64,000 nucleotides of DNA, taken from positions 288,001-352,000 of the forward strand of contig CAVSNY010000006.1 of assembly GCA_963729605.1 (NCBI GenBank), given 5' to 3'. Below, in pieces: positions 1-16,960 of this stretch (within the stretch, counting starts at the first letter, position 1; each line of letters begins with the position of its first letter). The notes beneath the pieces are model-generated. The model was not told the DNA's origin and made no database searches. It saw nothing but the letters and a program-made list of their open reading frames with translations. The position numbers were made by a program, and so were the translations under genes. The stretch is from an uncultured Gammaproteobacteria bacterium (lineage in GTDB: Bacteria > Pseudomonadota > Gammaproteobacteria > DRLM01).

Positions 1-348
1 CTGTAGCCCATGCTCGCGCGCCGCATCAGCCAAGGCTTTGACGCGCCCGTGATACCTGAATCCGGAGCGATCAAAGGCCACTTCCGTGATCCCCGCCGCC
101 TTGGCCCGCTCGGCAATGAACTTGCCGACCAGCGCCGCGGCCTCGGCATTGCCGGTAGCTTTGACTTCGCCGCGCACCAGCGGATCGACGGTGGAGGCCG
201 AAGCCATCACCACCGCACCGGCCGGCGCAATGATTTGCGCATAAATATGCCGGGGCGTGCGGTGCACGCTCAAGCGATGCACGCCTAACCGTTTAATTGT
301 GGCGCGGGTACGTCGCGCCCGACGGATACGAGAAACTTTTTTATCCAC
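1..348 (-). CDS. rplR: 50S ribosomal protein L18 (3' end runs off window)
   Basis: Manual translation from GTG at 348: [16 protein letters not shown]...AREHGLQ; directly downstream of rplF. Confidence 0.93.
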   Translation of the reverse strand, partial: MDKKVSRIRRARRTRATIKRLGVHRLSVHRTPRHIYAQIIAPAGAVVMASASTVDPLVRGEVKATGNAEAAALVGKFIAERAKAAGITEVAFDRSGFRYHGRVKALADAAREHGLQ

Positions 349-360
349 GGAAGTCACCTA

Positions 361-894
361 TTACTTCTTCTTGGCCTCTTTACGAACGATTACTTCGTCC
401 GAGTACTTGACGCCTTTGCCCTTGTAGGGTTCGGGCGGACGGTACGCACGAATTTCGGCCGCCACCTGCCCTACCCGCTGCTTGTCCGCGCCCTTGACCA
501 GAATTTCAGTCGGGCTGGGAGTCTCGACGGTAATACCTTCCGGGACCGCATAGGCCACGGGGTGGGAATAACCGAGGGTGAGATTAAGCACTCTGCCTTG
601 AGCCTGGGCGCGATAACCGACGCCCACCAGGTCCAGCTTACGCACGAAACCCGCGCTGACGCCCGTCACCATATTGTTGATCAACGCACGGAAGGTACCC
701 GCCAGCGCATCAGCCGATTTGCTGTTATTGCGCGGCGCCAAGTGTACCACTTTTCCATCATTCTGCATCTCTACTTGCGGATGCAAATCCATATTTAACG
801 CGCCATTTTTGCCCTTGACGGTCAAGATCTGCCCTTTCAGGGAGACTTCAACCCCGCTGGGCAGATTGATGGGCATTTTAGCTACTCGGGACAT
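361..894 (-). CDS. rplF: 50S ribosomal protein L6
   Basis: MSRVAKMPI...[13 protein letters not shown]; start trimmed to ATG 894. Confidence 0.97.
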   Translation of the reverse strand: MSRVAKMPINLPSGVEVSLKGQILTVKGKNGALNMDLHPQVEMQNDGKVVHLAPRNNSKSADALAGTFRALINNMVTGVSAGFVRKLDLVGVGYRAQAQGRVLNLTLGYSHPVAYAVPEGITVETPSPTEILVKGADKQRVGQVAAEIRAYRPPEPYKGKGVKYSDEVIVRKEAKKK

Positions 895-907
895 GAGACA
901 CCTACCC

Positions 908-1303
908 TTATGCGACGTAACACAGTATCTCGCCGCCATGGCCGGCCGCGCGGGCCGCCCGGTCGGTCATCACCCCATGCGAGGTGGAGATGATAGCGAC
1001 ACCCAAACCGCCCTGAACCTTGGGCAGCTCGTCTTTACCTTTATAAACGCGGAGACCCGGCGTGCTCCTGCGCTCGATGTGCGCGATGACCGGGGCGCCG
1101 TTGTAATACTTGAGGGCGATGGTCAGCGTGCGCTTGGCGCCTTCTTCACTGACGTTGTACGCGCTCACGTAACCCTCATCGCGCAGCACCTTGGCGATGG
1201 ACTCTTTGACATTCGACGCCGGCATGCTCACGTCCGCCTTTTGCGCCGCTTGGGCGTTGCGGATGCGGGTCAGCATATCGGCGATAGGATCGGTCATACT
1301 CAT
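908..1303 (-). CDS. rpsH: 30S ribosomal protein S8
   Basis: [17 protein letters not shown]...GGEILCYVA; start trimmed to 1303. Confidence 0.97.
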   Translation of the reverse strand: MSMTDPIADMLTRIRNAQAAQKADVSMPASNVKESIAKVLRDEGYVSAYNVSEEGAKRTLTIALKYYNGAPVIAHIERRSTPGLRVYKGKDELPKVQGGLGVAIISTSHGVMTDRAARAAGHGGEILCYVA

Positions 1304-1362
1304 AAATTCATGCCCACTTGTTAATACTCGGCTGTTTCGTCTTTTGCACGGGACCGGCGCGG

Positions 1363-1668
1363 TTACCAGCTGGCCTTGACCAGGCCCGGGACGTCTCCCC
1401 GCATCGCCGCCTCGCGCAGCTTGTTGCGGCCCAAACCGAACTTGCGGTACACGCCCCGCGAACGGCCGCTGAGCCGGCACCGGCGGCGCAAACGGGTCGG
1501 ACTGGCGTCGCGCGGCAGCGATTGAAACTGGCGGCGCAAATCATCGCGCTCTTCCTGGCCCAGGTTGGGGTCCCGCAGTTTTTCCTTGAGGTCGCCACGC
1601 TTGGCGGCAAAGCGCTCGATGGTGCGCTCGCGCTTCACTTCCCGCATCAACATAGACAATTTAGCCAT
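1363..1668 (-). CDS. rpsN: 30S ribosomal protein S14 (101 aa, zinc-independent type)
   Basis: [14 protein letters not shown]...PGLVKASW. Confidence 0.97.
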   Translation of the reverse strand: MAKLSMLMREVKRERTIERFAAKRGDLKEKLRDPNLGQEERDDLRRQFQSLPRDASPTRLRRRCRLSGRSRGVYRKFGLGRNKLREAAMRGDVPGLVKASW

Positions 1669-1677
1669 ATCCGCTTC

Positions 1678-2217
1678 CTAACTCCTGAATGGAAAGCTGA
1701 ACGCGGTCAACAAGGCGCGTCCTTCTTCGTCGGTAGTCGCCGTGGTGGTGATGGTAATGTTCATACCACGCAAGGCGTCGATTTTGTCGTAATCGACTTC
1801 GGGAAAAATGATCTGCTCCCGCACGCCCATATTGTAACTGCCGCGGCCGTCGAAACTCTTGGCGCTCAAACCGCGAAAGTCGCGGATACGCGGGATGGCG
1901 ACCGAGATGAGACGGTCGAGAAATTCGTACATGCGCTCGCGGCGCAAGGTCACTTTGCAGCCCACCGGCCAGCCTTCACGAATTTTGAAACCCGCGACCG
2001 ACTTACGGGCCTTGGTGACCAAGGGTTTTTGACCGGTGATCTTCACCAGGTCGCCCACCGCGTTGTCGATGATCTTTTTGTCGCCGACCGCTTCACCGAC
2101 ACCCATGTTCACGGTGATCTTGGTGATACGCGGCACTTGCATGACACTGTCATAGCCGAACTGGTCCATCAACTTCTTGACCACTTCGTTCCGGTAATAC
2201 TCTTGTAAACGCGCCAT
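1678..2217 (-). CDS. rplE: 50S ribosomal protein L5
   Basis: [25 protein letters not shown]. Confidence 0.97.
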   Translation of the reverse strand: MARLQEYYRNEVVKKLMDQFGYDSVMQVPRITKITVNMGVGEAVGDKKIIDNAVGDLVKITGQKPLVTKARKSVAGFKIREGWPVGCKVTLRRERMYEFLDRLISVAIPRIRDFRGLSAKSFDGRGSYNMGVREQIIFPEVDYDKIDALRGMNITITTTATTDEEGRALLTAFSFPFRS

Positions 2218-2235
2218 TGTCTGCTACCCGTTACT

Positions 2236-2550
2236 TTAAACGTCGACGACTTCGCCGTTGGATTTGAAGAAGCGAACTCTCTTACCGTTCTCCAAGGTCT
2301 TCACCCCGGCCCGGTCGGCCTTGCCGGTGGCGGTATTGAACAGCGCCACGTTGGACACGTGGAGAGACGCCTCTTTTTCGACGATGCCGCCGGGCGTGCC
2401 CCGCATGGGGTTGCCCTTGGTGTGGCGCTTGATCATATTGATGTTCTGCACCACCACCCGGTCTTCGCCCACGCTCAACACCGTGCCGCGCTTGCCCTTG
2501 TCTTTGCCGGCGATGACGATGACGTCGTCGCCTTTTTTGATCTTACGCAT
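2236..2550 (-). CDS. rplX: 50S ribosomal protein L24
   Basis: [23 protein letters not shown] motif. Confidence 0.97.
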   Translation of the reverse strand: MRKIKKGDDVIVIAGKDKGKRGTVLSVGEDRVVVQNINMIKRHTKGNPMRGTPGGIVEKEASLHVSNVALFNTATGKADRAGVKTLENGKRVRFFKSNGEVVDV

Positions 2551-2585
2551 TGCTAGACCACCTTCGCTTTTTCGTCACACCCGTC

Positions 2586-2954
2586 TCACAGCACTTCAGG
2601 CGCGAGCGAGACGATCTTCATGAATTTTTCGGTTCTGAGTTCGCGCGTCACCGGCCCGAAGATACGGGTGCCGATCGGCTGCAGCTGGTTGTTCAACAAC
2701 ACCGCGGCATTGCCGTCGAAGCGGATCAACGAACCGTCCGGACGGCGCACGCCTTTGCGGGTCCGCACCACGAGCGCGTTATACACCTCGCCCTTTTTCA
2801 CTTTGCCGCGGGGAATCGCCTCTTTGATGCTGACCTTGATGACATCGCCCACACCCGCGTAGCGGCGTTTCGATCCACCCAACACTTTAATGCACATCAG
2901 GCTGCGGGCACCGCTATTGTCGGCCGCGTCCAATATTGATTGCATCTGGATCAT
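2586..2954 (-). CDS. rplN: 50S ribosomal protein L14
   Basis: [16 protein letters not shown]...SLAPEVL. Confidence 0.98.
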   Translation of the reverse strand: MIQMQSILDAADNSGARSLMCIKVLGGSKRRYAGVGDVIKVSIKEAIPRGKVKKGEVYNALVVRTRKGVRRPDGSLIRFDGNAAVLLNNQLQPIGTRIFGPVTRELRTEKFMKIVSLAPEVL

Positions 2955-2991
2955 TGTCTGTCTCCAACCCTGTAAAAAATGTCTTGCCGAT

Positions 2992-3028
2992 CCCCTCTCC
3001 CGCTGGCGGGAAAAGGCCGGGGTGAGAG
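2992..3028. repeat. Short palindromic intergenic repeat (CCCTCTCCC-loop-GGGAGAGG..GGTGAG type)
   Basis: CCCCTCTCCCGCTGGCGGGAAAAGGCCGGGGTGAGAG between rpsQ and rplN; related copies at 30615-30735. Confidence 0.55.
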
Positions 3029-3048
3029 CGTAGATCGAATCCGCTGCG

Positions 3049-3315
3049 TTATTCCGCTATCGCCCGCTCGACCACGTTAACCAAACGCCAGGCCTTGGTC
3101 TTGGCCAACGGCCGGCACTGGGTGATCATGACCAAGTCACCGGCCTTGCACTCGTTGTTTTCGTCATGGGCGTGAACCTTGGTGGACCGCCGCACATATT
3201 TGCCGTACACCGGGTGAGGCACTTTGCGCTCGATCAACACGGTGATGGTCTTGTCCATCTTGTCACTGACCACGCGACCGGTAAGGGTGCGCATCGCTTT
3301 TTGCTGTTCAGTCAT
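3049..3315 (-). CDS. rpsQ: 30S ribosomal protein S17
   Basis: [20 protein letters not shown]. Confidence 0.97.
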   Translation of the reverse strand: MTEQQKAMRTLTGRVVSDKMDKTITVLIERKVPHPVYGKYVRRSTKVHAHDENNECKAGDLVMITQCRPLAKTKAWRLVNVVERAIAE

Positions 3316-3320
3316 TGCCC

Positions 3321-3512
3321 TTACCCTGCCTTCTTCGCGTTCAGGACGGTTTTGACGCGCGCGATGTTGCGGCGCACGTTGCGGATCAGATGACCCTTGG
3401 AGAGTTGTCCCGAGGCCTTCTGCATACGCAGATTGAATTGCTCGCGCAGCAGGGACATCAGCTCCTCTTTGAGCTCCACTTCGCTTTTTTGCTTGAGTTC
3501 GTTCGCGTTCAT
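3321..3512 (-). CDS. rpmC: 50S ribosomal protein L29
   Basis: [11 protein letters not shown]...RRNIARVKT; ATG overlaps rplP stop (TGATG). Confidence 0.96.
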   Translation of the reverse strand: MNANELKQKSEVELKEELMSLLREQFNLRMQKASGQLSKGHLIRNVRRNIARVKTVLNAKKAG

Positions 3513-3925
3513 CACATCACCGTCCGGGTAATAAAGGCGGTCTTCAGCGGCAATTTCGCGGCCGCGAGCTTGAAGGCTTCACGGGCGATTTCCGGGGTCA
3601 CGCCTTCCATTTCATACAACATCCGGCCGGGCTGGATTTCCGCCACCCAATACTCGACGTTGCCCTTACCGCTGCCCATCCGCACTTCCAACGGCTTTTT
3701 GGAAATGGGTTTGTCGGGGAAAATCCGGATCCAGATCTTGCCGCCGCGCTTGACGTGGCGGGTCATGGCACGGCGCGCCGCTTCGATCTGGCGGGCGGTA
3801 ATCCGGCCGCGCGCAACGGCCTTCAATCCAAATTGACCGAAGCTCACTTCATTGCCGGTCTGGGCCAAGCCCCGATTACGGCCTTTGTGTTGCTTACGGT
3901 ACTTTGTCCTTTTTGGCTGCATCAT
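3512..3925 (-). CDS. rplP: 50S ribosomal protein L16
   Basis: [21 protein letters not shown]. Confidence 0.98.
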   Translation of the reverse strand: MMQPKRTKYRKQHKGRNRGLAQTGNEVSFGQFGLKAVARGRITARQIEAARRAMTRHVKRGGKIWIRIFPDKPISKKPLEVRMGSGKGNVEYWVAEIQPGRMLYEMEGVTPEIAREAFKLAAAKLPLKTAFITRTVM

Positions 3926-3939
3926 AACCGCATATCCTC

Positions 3940-4617
3940 TTAATTAGCAGCGGCCTTCTCGGCGCTCGGTTCGGCAGCCTCGGTAGCTTGGTTGAACACT
4001 TCACCCTTGAAGATCCACACCTTTACTCCGACGACGCCGGAAGGCGTGTGCGCTTCGGCGAAACCATAATCAATGTCCGCACGCAGGGTGTGCAAGGGCA
4101 CACGGCCTTCGCGATACCACTCGGTGCGGGCGATTTCAGCGCCGCCCAAACGGCCGGCGATGTTGACCTTGATGCCTTGGGCGCCGAGTCGCATGGTGGT
4201 GGTCACCGAGCGCTTCATGGCGCGACGGAACATGATACGGCGCACCAGCTGCTGGGTGATGCTTTCGGCGACCAACTGGGCGTCGAGTTCCGGCTTGCGA
4301 ATCTCTTCCACGTTGATGTGCACCGGCACACCCATCATGGCGGAGACCTCTTTACGCAGCGCATCGATGTCCTCGCCCTTCTTACCGATCACGATGCCGG
4401 GACGGGCACTGTGTATGGTGATGCGCGCGGTGCGCGCCGGACGCTCGATCTGGATGCGGCTCACCGAGGCGCTGGCGAGTTTTTTACGCAAAAACTCCCG
4501 CACCTTGAGATCGGTGAACAAATAGTCCGCGTACTGCTTGGAATCGGCATACCACGTCGAGGTCCAATCTTTGACGATCCCCAGACGTATACCCGTTGGA
4601 TTTACCTTTTGACCCAT
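3940..4617 (-). CDS. rpsC: 30S ribosomal protein S3
   Basis: [27 protein letters not shown]. Confidence 0.98.
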   Translation of the reverse strand: MGQKVNPTGIRLGIVKDWTSTWYADSKQYADYLFTDLKVREFLRKKLASASVSRIQIERPARTARITIHSARPGIVIGKKGEDIDALRKEVSAMMGVPVHINVEEIRKPELDAQLVAESITQQLVRRIMFRRAMKRSVTTTMRLGAQGIKVNIAGRLGGAEIARTEWYREGRVPLHTLRADIDYGFAEAHTPSGVVGVKVWIFKGEVFNQATEAAEPSAEKAAAN

Positions 4618-4629
4618 TACCGCCTCGCT

Positions 4630-4962
4630 TTACTTATCACCGACCACCACAGAGATGTGGCAGGTCCGCTTGAGGATCCGATTCGCCCGGCCTTTGGCCC
4701 GTGCGCGGATACGTTTTTGACTGGGACCTTCATCAACGAAGACCTTGGTGACCTTGAGCTCATCCACGTCGGCGCCTTCGTTGTGCTCGGCATTGGCGAT
4801 CGCCGACTCCAGCACCTTCTTGAAAATACCCGCGGCCTTCTTCGGACTGAACGCCAAAAGATTCAAGGCGCGATCAACGGGCATGCCACGCACTTGGTCG
4901 GCGACCAAACGGCCTTTCTGGGCCGAGAGGCGGGCATAGCGTAATTTTGCGGCTGCTTCCAT
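4630..4962 (-). CDS. rplV: 50S ribosomal protein L22
   Basis: [22 protein letters not shown]. Confidence 0.97.
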   Translation of the reverse strand: MEAAAKLRYARLSAQKGRLVADQVRGMPVDRALNLLAFSPKKAAGIFKKVLESAIANAEHNEGADVDELKVTKVFVDEGPSQKRIRARAKGRANRILKRTCHISVVVGDK

Positions 4963-4976
4963 CTCTATCGTCCCCG

Positions 4977-5249
4977 TTACTTCGCTTTTTTCGCGCCGGC
5001 ATGACCACGGAAGGTACGCGTCACCGCGAACTCACCGAGCTTATGGCCGACCATGTTTTCACTGATCAAAATCGGTATGTGCTGCTTGCCGTTGTGGATG
5101 GCCAACGTCAAACCGATCATTTGCGGCAGCACGGTAGAACGCCGTGACCACGTCTTGATGGGTTTTCTGCTGTTCGTCGCCGCAGCCTCCTCCACTTTTT
5201 TAGCCAAGTGGAGATCAATGAATGGACCTTTTTTAACTGAACGTGGCAC
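4977..5249 (-). CDS. rpsS: 30S ribosomal protein S19
   Basis: [23 protein letters not shown]; GTG start. Confidence 0.97.
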   Translation of the reverse strand: MPRSVKKGPFIDLHLAKKVEEAAATNSRKPIKTWSRRSTVLPQMIGLTLAIHNGKQHIPILISENMVGHKLGEFAVTRTFRGHAGAKKAK

Positions 5250-5282
5250 TGGAAGTCTCCCAAGCCTGAATAAAAATCTTCA

Positions 5283-6107
5283 TTACTTACCGCGGCGCCG
5301 CAAAATCATGCCGTCGGTACGCTTATTGCCGCGCGTCTTGTAACCCTTGGTGGGCATGCCCCACGGACTCACCGGATGGCGACCGCCCTTGGTACGCCCT
5401 TCGCCACCACCGTGCGGATGATCCACCGGATTCATGGCGGTACCACGCACGGTCGGACGGATACCGCGCCAGCGTTTGGCGCCAGCTTTACCCAGGGACC
5501 GCAGATTATGCTGGGTATTGCCCGCTTCGCCAATAGTCGCTTTGCATTCCACGTGCACTTTGCGCATCTCGCCGGAGCGCAAGCGCACCGTGGCGTACGC
5601 GCCTTCTTTCGCCATCAGCTGCACACCGGCGCCGGCGCTGCGCGCCAACTGGGCGCCACGGCCCGGCTTCATTTCCAGGCAGTGAACGGTGGTACCCACC
5701 GGGATGTTGCGCAGCGGCAGGCAATTGCCGGCCTTGATCGGCGCATCCACCGCGCTGATCAGCTTGGCGCCCGCCTCGACACCCTTGGGCGCGATAATAT
5801 AGCGGCGTTCGCCGTCGGCGTACAGCAATAATGCAATGTGAGCGCTGCGATTCGGATCATATTCCAAACGCTCGACCACGCCGGGGATGCCCAGCTTGTC
5901 GCGGCGAAAATCCACCACGCGGTAATGCTGCTTGTGACCGCCGCCTTGATGGCGCACGGTAACCCGGCCCAGATTGTTGCGGCCGCCGTTCTTGTTCAAA
6001 CGTTCGACCAGCGCCTCGTGGGGCCCGCCTTTGTGCAACTTCGGCTCCACCACTTTGACTACAAAGCGGCGGCCCGGGGAAGTTGGCTTCACTTTAACCA
6101 GTGCCAT
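5283..6107 (-). CDS. rplB: 50S ribosomal protein L2
   Basis: [21 protein letters not shown]. Confidence 0.98.
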   Translation of the reverse strand: MALVKVKPTSPGRRFVVKVVEPKLHKGGPHEALVERLNKNGGRNNLGRVTVRHQGGGHKQHYRVVDFRRDKLGIPGVVERLEYDPNRSAHIALLLYADGERRYIIAPKGVEAGAKLISAVDAPIKAGNCLPLRNIPVGTTVHCLEMKPGRGAQLARSAGAGVQLMAKEGAYATVRLRSGEMRKVHVECKATIGEAGNTQHNLRSLGKAGAKRWRGIRPTVRGTAMNPVDHPHGGGEGRTKGGRHPVSPWGMPTKGYKTRGNKRTDGMILRRRGK

Positions 6108-6143
6108 CGATTACATCCTTCTTTTCAGCCAGCGCGGGAGGAC

Positions 6144-6440
6144 TTACTGGGCACCCGCAAACTCGATATCGAAACCCGGCTTCAACTTAACGTAAGCCTT
6201 TTTGCTATGGGAGCGGCGGCCGAGCATCTGGCCAAAGCGTTTCACCTTGCCCTTGCTGTTCACCACGCGAACCTGATCCACTTCCACGCTGAACAAATGC
6301 TCGACCGCCTTTTTGATCTCATCCTTGCTGGCGTCGCGCATCACCTTGAACACGAACTGGCGATCTTTGTCCGCCGCCATCGTGCTCTTTTCCGAGACGT
6401 GGGGCGCCAGCAGCACCTTCATCAAACGTTCATTGCTCAT
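6144..6440 (-). CDS. rplW: 50S ribosomal protein L23
   Basis: [19 protein letters not shown]...KKAYVKL; start trimmed to 6440, overlapping rplD stop. Confidence 0.96.
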   Translation of the reverse strand: MSNERLMKVLLAPHVSEKSTMAADKDRQFVFKVMRDASKDEIKKAVEHLFSVEVDQVRVVNSKGKVKRFGQMLGRRSHSKKAYVKLKPGFDIEFAGAQ

Positions 6441-7054
6441 GCCAGGCTCTCCCCGATTTGTTTGGCGGCGCCGGCGGTAAGCAGCACCTTGTCGAACTTG
6501 ATCAAACACACCGGATCGATCTCGAGCACGTTGCGCACTTCGACCTTGTGCAGATTGCGCGCGGCCAGATACAAGGCCTCGCTGGCGTCGTCGGCGACGA
6601 TCAACACATTGTCCATGCCCAGCGCCTTCAGCTTCGCCACCAGATCGCGGGTCTTAGGCTGTTCTAGCCCCAGATCCGACACCACCACCAAGCGGTCCTG
6701 GCGCAGCAGTTCCGAAAAAATCGAACGAAGGGCGACCTTGTAGGATTTCTTGTTGACCTTCTGCGAATAGTCGGCGGTCACCGCGGCAAACACTTTGCCG
6801 CCACCGCGCCACAACGGGCTGCGGATGGTACCGGCGCGGGCGCGGCCCGTGCCTTTTTGTTTAAAAGGCTTGGCGCCGCCGCCGCGCACCGCGGCGCGCG
6901 TCTTCTGCGCATGGGTACCGGCGCGGGCGCCGGCCAAATAGGCCGTCACGACTTGATGGACAAGGCTTTCGTTGAACTCGCGTCCGAACACCTCATCCGG
7001 CACCGCGACACTGCCAGCGCTGGCGCCGGCCGCATTGAGTATGCTGAGTTCCAT
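6437..7054 (-). CDS. rplD: 50S ribosomal protein L4
   Basis: [19 protein letters not shown]. Confidence 0.97.
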   Translation of the reverse strand: MELSILNAAGASAGSVAVPDEVFGREFNESLVHQVVTAYLAGARAGTHAQKTRAAVRGGGAKPFKQKGTGRARAGTIRSPLWRGGGKVFAAVTADYSQKVNKKSYKVALRSIFSELLRQDRLVVVSDLGLEQPKTRDLVAKLKALGMDNVLIVADDASEALYLAARNLHKVEVRNVLEIDPVCLIKFDKVLLTAGAAKQIGESLA

Positions 7055-7710
7055 TACTTCTCTCCTCTCGCGGCGAACTTCACCGACGCACGCACGATCA
7101 CGTCGCGGCCTTCCGAACCGGGAACCGCGCCTTTGATCAGCAGCAGATTGCGTTCGGCATCCACCCGCACCACTTCCAGATTCTGCTGGGTACGCTGGGT
7201 ATTACCCAGATGACCGGCCATCTTCTTGCCGACGAACACCCGGCCCGGGGTCTGGCGCTGACCGATAGAACCCGGCGCGCGATGCGACAGCGAGTTACCG
7301 TGGGTCGCGTCGCCCATGGTGAAGTGATGACGCTTGACGGTACCGGCGAAACCTTTACCGAGCGACACGCCGGTGACGTCGACTTTTTGTCCGGCCTGGA
7401 AAATATCCACCTTGAGTTCGCTGCCCGGCGCCAGATCGGCACCTTCGCCTTCGCCCAAACGAAATTCCCACAAACCGCGACCCGCATTGACCCCGGCCTT
7501 GGCGAAGTGCCCGGCCATGGCCTTGGTCACCCGCGACGGACGGCGCGTGCCCACGGTGATTTGCACCGCCGCGTAGCCGTCGGTCTCCGCGCTCTTCACT
7601 TGCGTGACGCGATTCGGTTCGACCTCGACCACGGTCACCGGAATGCTCACCCCATCTTCAGTGAAGACGCGGGTCATTCCGCATTTGCGACCAACTAGTC
7701 CGATTGCCAT
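7054..7710 (-). CDS. rplC: 50S ribosomal protein L3
   Basis: [24 protein letters not shown]; start trimmed to ATG 7710. Confidence 0.97.
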   Translation of the reverse strand: MAIGLVGRKCGMTRVFTEDGVSIPVTVVEVEPNRVTQVKSAETDGYAAVQITVGTRRPSRVTKAMAGHFAKAGVNAGRGLWEFRLGEGEGADLAPGSELKVDIFQAGQKVDVTGVSLGKGFAGTVKRHHFTMGDATHGNSLSHRAPGSIGQRQTPGRVFVGKKMAGHLGNTQRTQQNLEVVRVDAERNLLLIKGAVPGSEGRDVIVRASVKFAARGEK

Positions 7711-7805
7711 ATCCAACACTCCAGTAGCAAGTTTCAAGCGGCAAGTTCAAGTTTTTAAAGCAGAGGCGCACCGCACCTCGATCTTGCCGCTCGCTATTTT
7801 TTTAA

Positions 7806-8117
7806 TTAATGCAATTTAATCTGCACGTCGACGCCGGCGGCCAGATCCAACTTCATCAACGCATCCACGGTTTTGTCCGTGGGATCGACGATGTCCATCA
7901 GGCGCTTGTGGGTGCGGATCTCATATTGATCGCGCGCGTCTTTATCGACGTGGGGCGAGATCAAAATGGTGAAGCGCTCCTTTTTCGACGGCAGCGGGAT
8001 CGGGCCGCGGACCTGGGCGCCGGTGCGCTTGGCCGTTTCCACGATTTCGCGCGCCGAGCGGTCGATCAAGCGGTGATCGAACGCCTTCAAGCGGATGCGT
8101 ATTTTTTGATTGGCCAT
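7806..8117 (-). CDS. rpsJ: 30S ribosomal protein S10
   Basis: [20 protein letters not shown]. Confidence 0.98.
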   Translation of the reverse strand: MANQKIRIRLKAFDHRLIDRSAREIVETAKRTGAQVRGPIPLPSKKERFTILISPHVDKDARDQYEIRTHKRLMDIVDPTDKTVDALMKLDLAAGVDVQIKLH

Positions 8118-8123
8118 GTATGT

Positions 8124-9314
<1,191 letters not shown>

Positions 9315-9364
9315 GGTAGCTACCTCTCTCGATCTGCTCGCAATAACTGATTCAATAACCGATT

Positions 9365-11467
9365 TTAAGCTGACGCTTCTTTGATGATGGCGTCGGCGAT
9401 ATTGGCCGGGACTTCGCTGTAGCGGGTGAACTCCATGGCGTAGGTGGCGCGGCCCTGAGTCGCCGAACGCAAGGAGGTGGAATAACCGAACATCTCCGCG
9501 AGCGGGACGTCGGCGTGCACAATCTTGCCGGACACCGAGTCGTCCATACCCAACACCATGCCGCGACGGCGGTTGAGGTCGCCGATCACGTCGCCCATGT
9601 AATCTTCCGGGGTGACCACTTCGACCTTCATGATGGGTTCGAGCAAGACCGCGCCGGCTTTGCGGGCGCCTTCCTTGAAGCCCATCGAACCCGCGATCTT
9701 GAACGCCATTTCGTTGGAGTCCACATCATGGTACGAACCGTCGAAGATGGTGACCTTGACGTCGACCACCGGGTAGCCGGCGATCACACCGTTCTTCATC
9801 TGTTCTTGAATGCCCTTGTCCACCGCGGGAATGTATTCGCGCGGGACCACGCCGCCGACGATACCGTTGACGAATTCATAACCCTTGCCGGCTTCTTGCG
9901 GCTCGAGCTTGAGCCAGACATGGCCGTACTGGCCGCGGCCGCCGGACTGGCGCACGAACTTGCCTTCCTGCTCGACCGACTTGCGGATGGTCTCGCGATA
10001 GGCGACGCGCGGCTTGCCGACATTGGCCTCCACCTTGAATTCGCGCCTCATGCGGTCGACGATGATTTCAAGATGCAGCTCGCCCATGCCGGAGATGATG
10101 GTCTGGCCGGTTTCTTCGTCGGTATGCACGCGGAACGAGGGATCCTCCTGGGCGAGACGGCCCAGCGCGATACCCATTTTTTCCTGGTCGGGTTTGGTCT
10201 TGGGCTCCACCGCCACCGAAATCACCGGCTCGGGGAATACCATGCGCTCCAGGATGATGACGTTATTGAGGTCGCACAAGGTGTCGCCGGTGGTGACGTC
10301 TTTCAGACCGACCGCCGCGGCGATGTCGCCGGCGCGCACTTCCTTGATTTCTTCACGGCTGTTGGCGTGCATCTGCACGATACGGCCGATACGCTCCTTG
10401 CGGCTCTTCATCGGATTGTAGACCGTGTCGCCGGAATTCAACACGCCGGAATAGACGCGGAAGAACGTCAGCGTACCGACGAACGGATCGGTGGCGATCT
10501 TGAACGCCAGCGCGGAAAACGGTTCGCTATCGGAGGAATGGCGCTCGGCGTGAGTATGATTGGCGTCGTCCAACATCCCGTTGATGGCGGGCACATCCGC
10601 CGGCGACGGCATGTATTCCACCACCGCGTCCAGCATGGCCTGCACGCCTTTATTCTTGAAGGCGGAACCGCACAACATGGGCACGACTTCGTTGGCCACG
10701 GTGCGGGCGCGCAAGCCCTGCTTGATTTCCACATCGGTGAGCGCCTGGCCGTCCAGGTATTTTTCCATCAACTCTTCCGAGCCTTCGGCGGCGGCTTCCA
10801 CCATCTTTTCGCGCCACTCTTCACACTCGGCGCGCAGCTCGGCGGGAATCTCTTTTTCCTCGAAGGTCATGCCCTGGTTTTCTTCATTCCAGTAGATGGC
10901 CTTCATCTTGATCAAATCGACCACGCCTTTGAAATTCTCTTCGGCGCCGATCGGCCATTGAATGGGTACCGGATTACCGCCCAGGCGTTTTTTGATCTGA
11001 TCGACGATGCGGCCGAAATTGGCGCCGACCCGGTCCATCTTATTGACGAAGGCGAGACGCGGCACTTTATATTTATTGGCTTGGCGCCACACGGTCTCGG
11101 ATTGGGGCTGCACGCCGCCCACGGCGCAGAATACCGCGCAGGCGCCGTCGAGCACGCGCAGCGAACGCTCGACTTCAATGGTGAAATCGACGTGGCCGGG
11201 GGTGTCGATGATATTGATACGGTGCTGGGGGAATTGCTTTTCCATCCCAAACCAGTAACAGGTGGTGGCCGCGGACGTAATGGTGATGCCACGTTCCTGC
11301 TCCTGCTCCATCCAGTCCATGATGGCGGCGCCGTCGTGCACCTCACCTATCTTGTGAGAGACACCGGTGTAGAACAGGACGCGCTCAGTCGTCGTCGTTT
11401 TACCGGCATCGATGTGAGCCATGATGCCGATGTTCCGATAACGCTCGATGGGGGTAGTGCGTGCCAC
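9365..11467 (-). CDS. fusA: Elongation factor G
   Basis: [21 protein letters not shown]; 700 aa. Confidence 0.99.
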   Translation of the reverse strand: MARTTPIERYRNIGIMAHIDAGKTTTTERVLFYTGVSHKIGEVHDGAAIMDWMEQEQERGITITSAATTCYWFGMEKQFPQHRINIIDTPGHVDFTIEVERSLRVLDGACAVFCAVGGVQPQSETVWRQANKYKVPRLAFVNKMDRVGANFGRIVDQIKKRLGGNPVPIQWPIGAEENFKGVVDLIKMKAIYWNEENQGMTFEEKEIPAELRAECEEWREKMVEAAAEGSEELMEKYLDGQALTDVEIKQGLRARTVANEVVPMLCGSAFKNKGVQAMLDAVVEYMPSPADVPAINGMLDDANHTHAERHSSDSEPFSALAFKIATDPFVGTLTFFRVYSGVLNSGDTVYNPMKSRKERIGRIVQMHANSREEIKEVRAGDIAAAVGLKDVTTGDTLCDLNNVIILERMVFPEPVISVAVEPKTKPDQEKMGIALGRLAQEDPSFRVHTDEETGQTIISGMGELHLEIIVDRMRREFKVEANVGKPRVAYRETIRKSVEQEGKFVRQSGGRGQYGHVWLKLEPQEAGKGYEFVNGIVGGVVPREYIPAVDKGIQEQMKNGVIAGYPVVDVKVTIFDGSYHDVDSNEMAFKIAGSMGFKEGARKAGAVLLEPIMKVEVVTPEDYMGDVIGDLNRRRGMVLGMDDSVSGKIVHADVPLAEMFGYSTSLRSATQGRATYAMEFTRYSEVPANIADAIIKEASA

Positions 11468-11514
11468 GACTTAATCCTTAACTTACGATCAGCTTGTATA
11501 CAGACGCAAACCGC

Positions 11515-11985
11515 TTACCAGCGGTAATGCGAAAACGCCTTGTTGGCTTCCGCCATGCGATGAGTGTCTTCACGCTTCTTCACCGCGCTGCCGCGTTTTT
11601 CAGCGGCATCGAGGATTTCGCCGGCCAGCCGCAATCCCATGGATTTTTCACCGCGGGCACGGGCGGCGTCGATAATCCAACGCATAGCCAAGGCGGATTG
11701 GCGATCGGAACGCACTTCGACGGGAACCTGGTAGGTGGCGCCGCCGACCCGGCGGGATTTCACTTCGACGGCGGGCTTGACGTTATCGAAAGCCTGATTC
11801 AAAACCGCCAGCGGATCACCTTTGGTTTTTTCGGTCACGCGGTCCAGCGCACCGTACACAATGCGCTCGGCCACGGACTTTTTACCGCTCTGCATCAACG
11901 AATTGACGAAGCGGGCCAAAAATTCGCTACCGAATTTGGGATCCGGCAACACCGCACGTTTAGTCGCTTCTCTTCTACGTGACAT
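11515..11985 (-). CDS. rpsG: 30S ribosomal protein S7
   Basis: [23 protein letters not shown]. Confidence 0.98.
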   Translation of the reverse strand: MSRRREATKRAVLPDPKFGSEFLARFVNSLMQSGKKSVAERIVYGALDRVTEKTKGDPLAVLNQAFDNVKPAVEVKSRRVGGATYQVPVEVRSDRQSALAMRWIIDAARARGEKSMGLRLAGEILDAAEKRGSAVKKREDTHRMAEANKAFSHYRW

Positions 11986-12007
11986 ACACTTTCACCGCTC
12001 TCTGAAA

Positions 12008-12382
12008 TTAGGCCTTAGGCCGTTTCGCGCCGTATTTGGACCGCCCTTGACGGCGCTTCGCGACACCGGCGGTGTCCAAGCTGCCGCGCACGGTGTGATA
12101 ACGCACACCGGGCAAATCCTTGACACGCCCACCGCGGATCAATACCACGGAGTGCTCCTGAAGATTGTGTCCTTCGCCACCAATATAGGTGGATACTTCC
12201 ATGCCGTTGGTCAAACGCACACGGGCGACTTTACGCAAGGCCGAGTTGGGCTTTTTCGGGGTCGTGGTATACACCCGGGTACACACGCCGCGCTTTTGCG
12301 GGCAGTTCGCCAAGGCCGGCACTTTACTTTTTTCCTGCTTGCGCGCTCGTGGCTTGCGCACCAATTGATTCATCGTTGCCAT
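12008..12382 (-). CDS. rpsL: 30S ribosomal protein S12
   Basis: [21 protein letters not shown]; start trimmed to ATG 12382. Confidence 0.98.
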   Translation of the reverse strand: MATMNQLVRKPRARKQEKSKVPALANCPQKRGVCTRVYTTTPKKPNSALRKVARVRLTNGMEVSTYIGGEGHNLQEHSVVLIRGGRVKDLPGVRYHTVRGSLDTAGVAKRRQGRSKYGAKRPKA

Positions 12383-12538
12383 GAATTGCTCGACTCCAGC
12401 CCAAAAAACATAAACGTCCACCCTTCAGCGTCCACTGTCCCACGGCAGTGGCACCCACTTCTCGGTAGAACGCTTATATTTGTATGATTTAGTTAGGTGA
12501 CAGACGGCAAACGTATGTCGCCCCACGAAAGAAGCGGC

Positions 12539-12567
12539 ATTTTAGGGCCGCCACCCCACGCTGTCAA
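12539..12567 (-). promoter_or_regulatory. Sigma70 promoter of str operon
   Basis: Minus strand TTGACA (12567-12562), 17 nt spacer, TAAAAT (12544-12539), GC-rich discriminator. Confidence 0.8.
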
Positions 12568-12597
12568 TAGGGACCGCGAGGTTCGCGATCCCTATTG
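12565..12597 (-). terminator. Hairpin downstream of rpoC (probable terminator)
   Basis: CAATAGGGA-CCGCGA-GGT-TCGCGA-TCCCTATTG inverted repeat 20 nt after rpoC stop; weak U-tract. Confidence 0.55.
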
Positions 12598-12617
12598 GGG
12601 CGTGGACTTACTTTTAA

Positions 12618-16826
<4,209 letters not shown>

Positions 16827-16960
16827 CGTGTCTCCTGCTCGAAAGATTTCGAGTTACGAGTTTCGGGTCGATGGCGGGTGCGGCAACTCACGCCGCCGCA
16901 CCTTCCATTCGGCGGATTGGCGCATACCACGCGTCCAACCCACCCTCATTTTTTACCCTA

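Noticed and set aside
341-349. TTATCCACG resembling a DnaA box (another at about 38578)
   Set aside because: Isolated, imperfect and inside coding sequence; no oriC context
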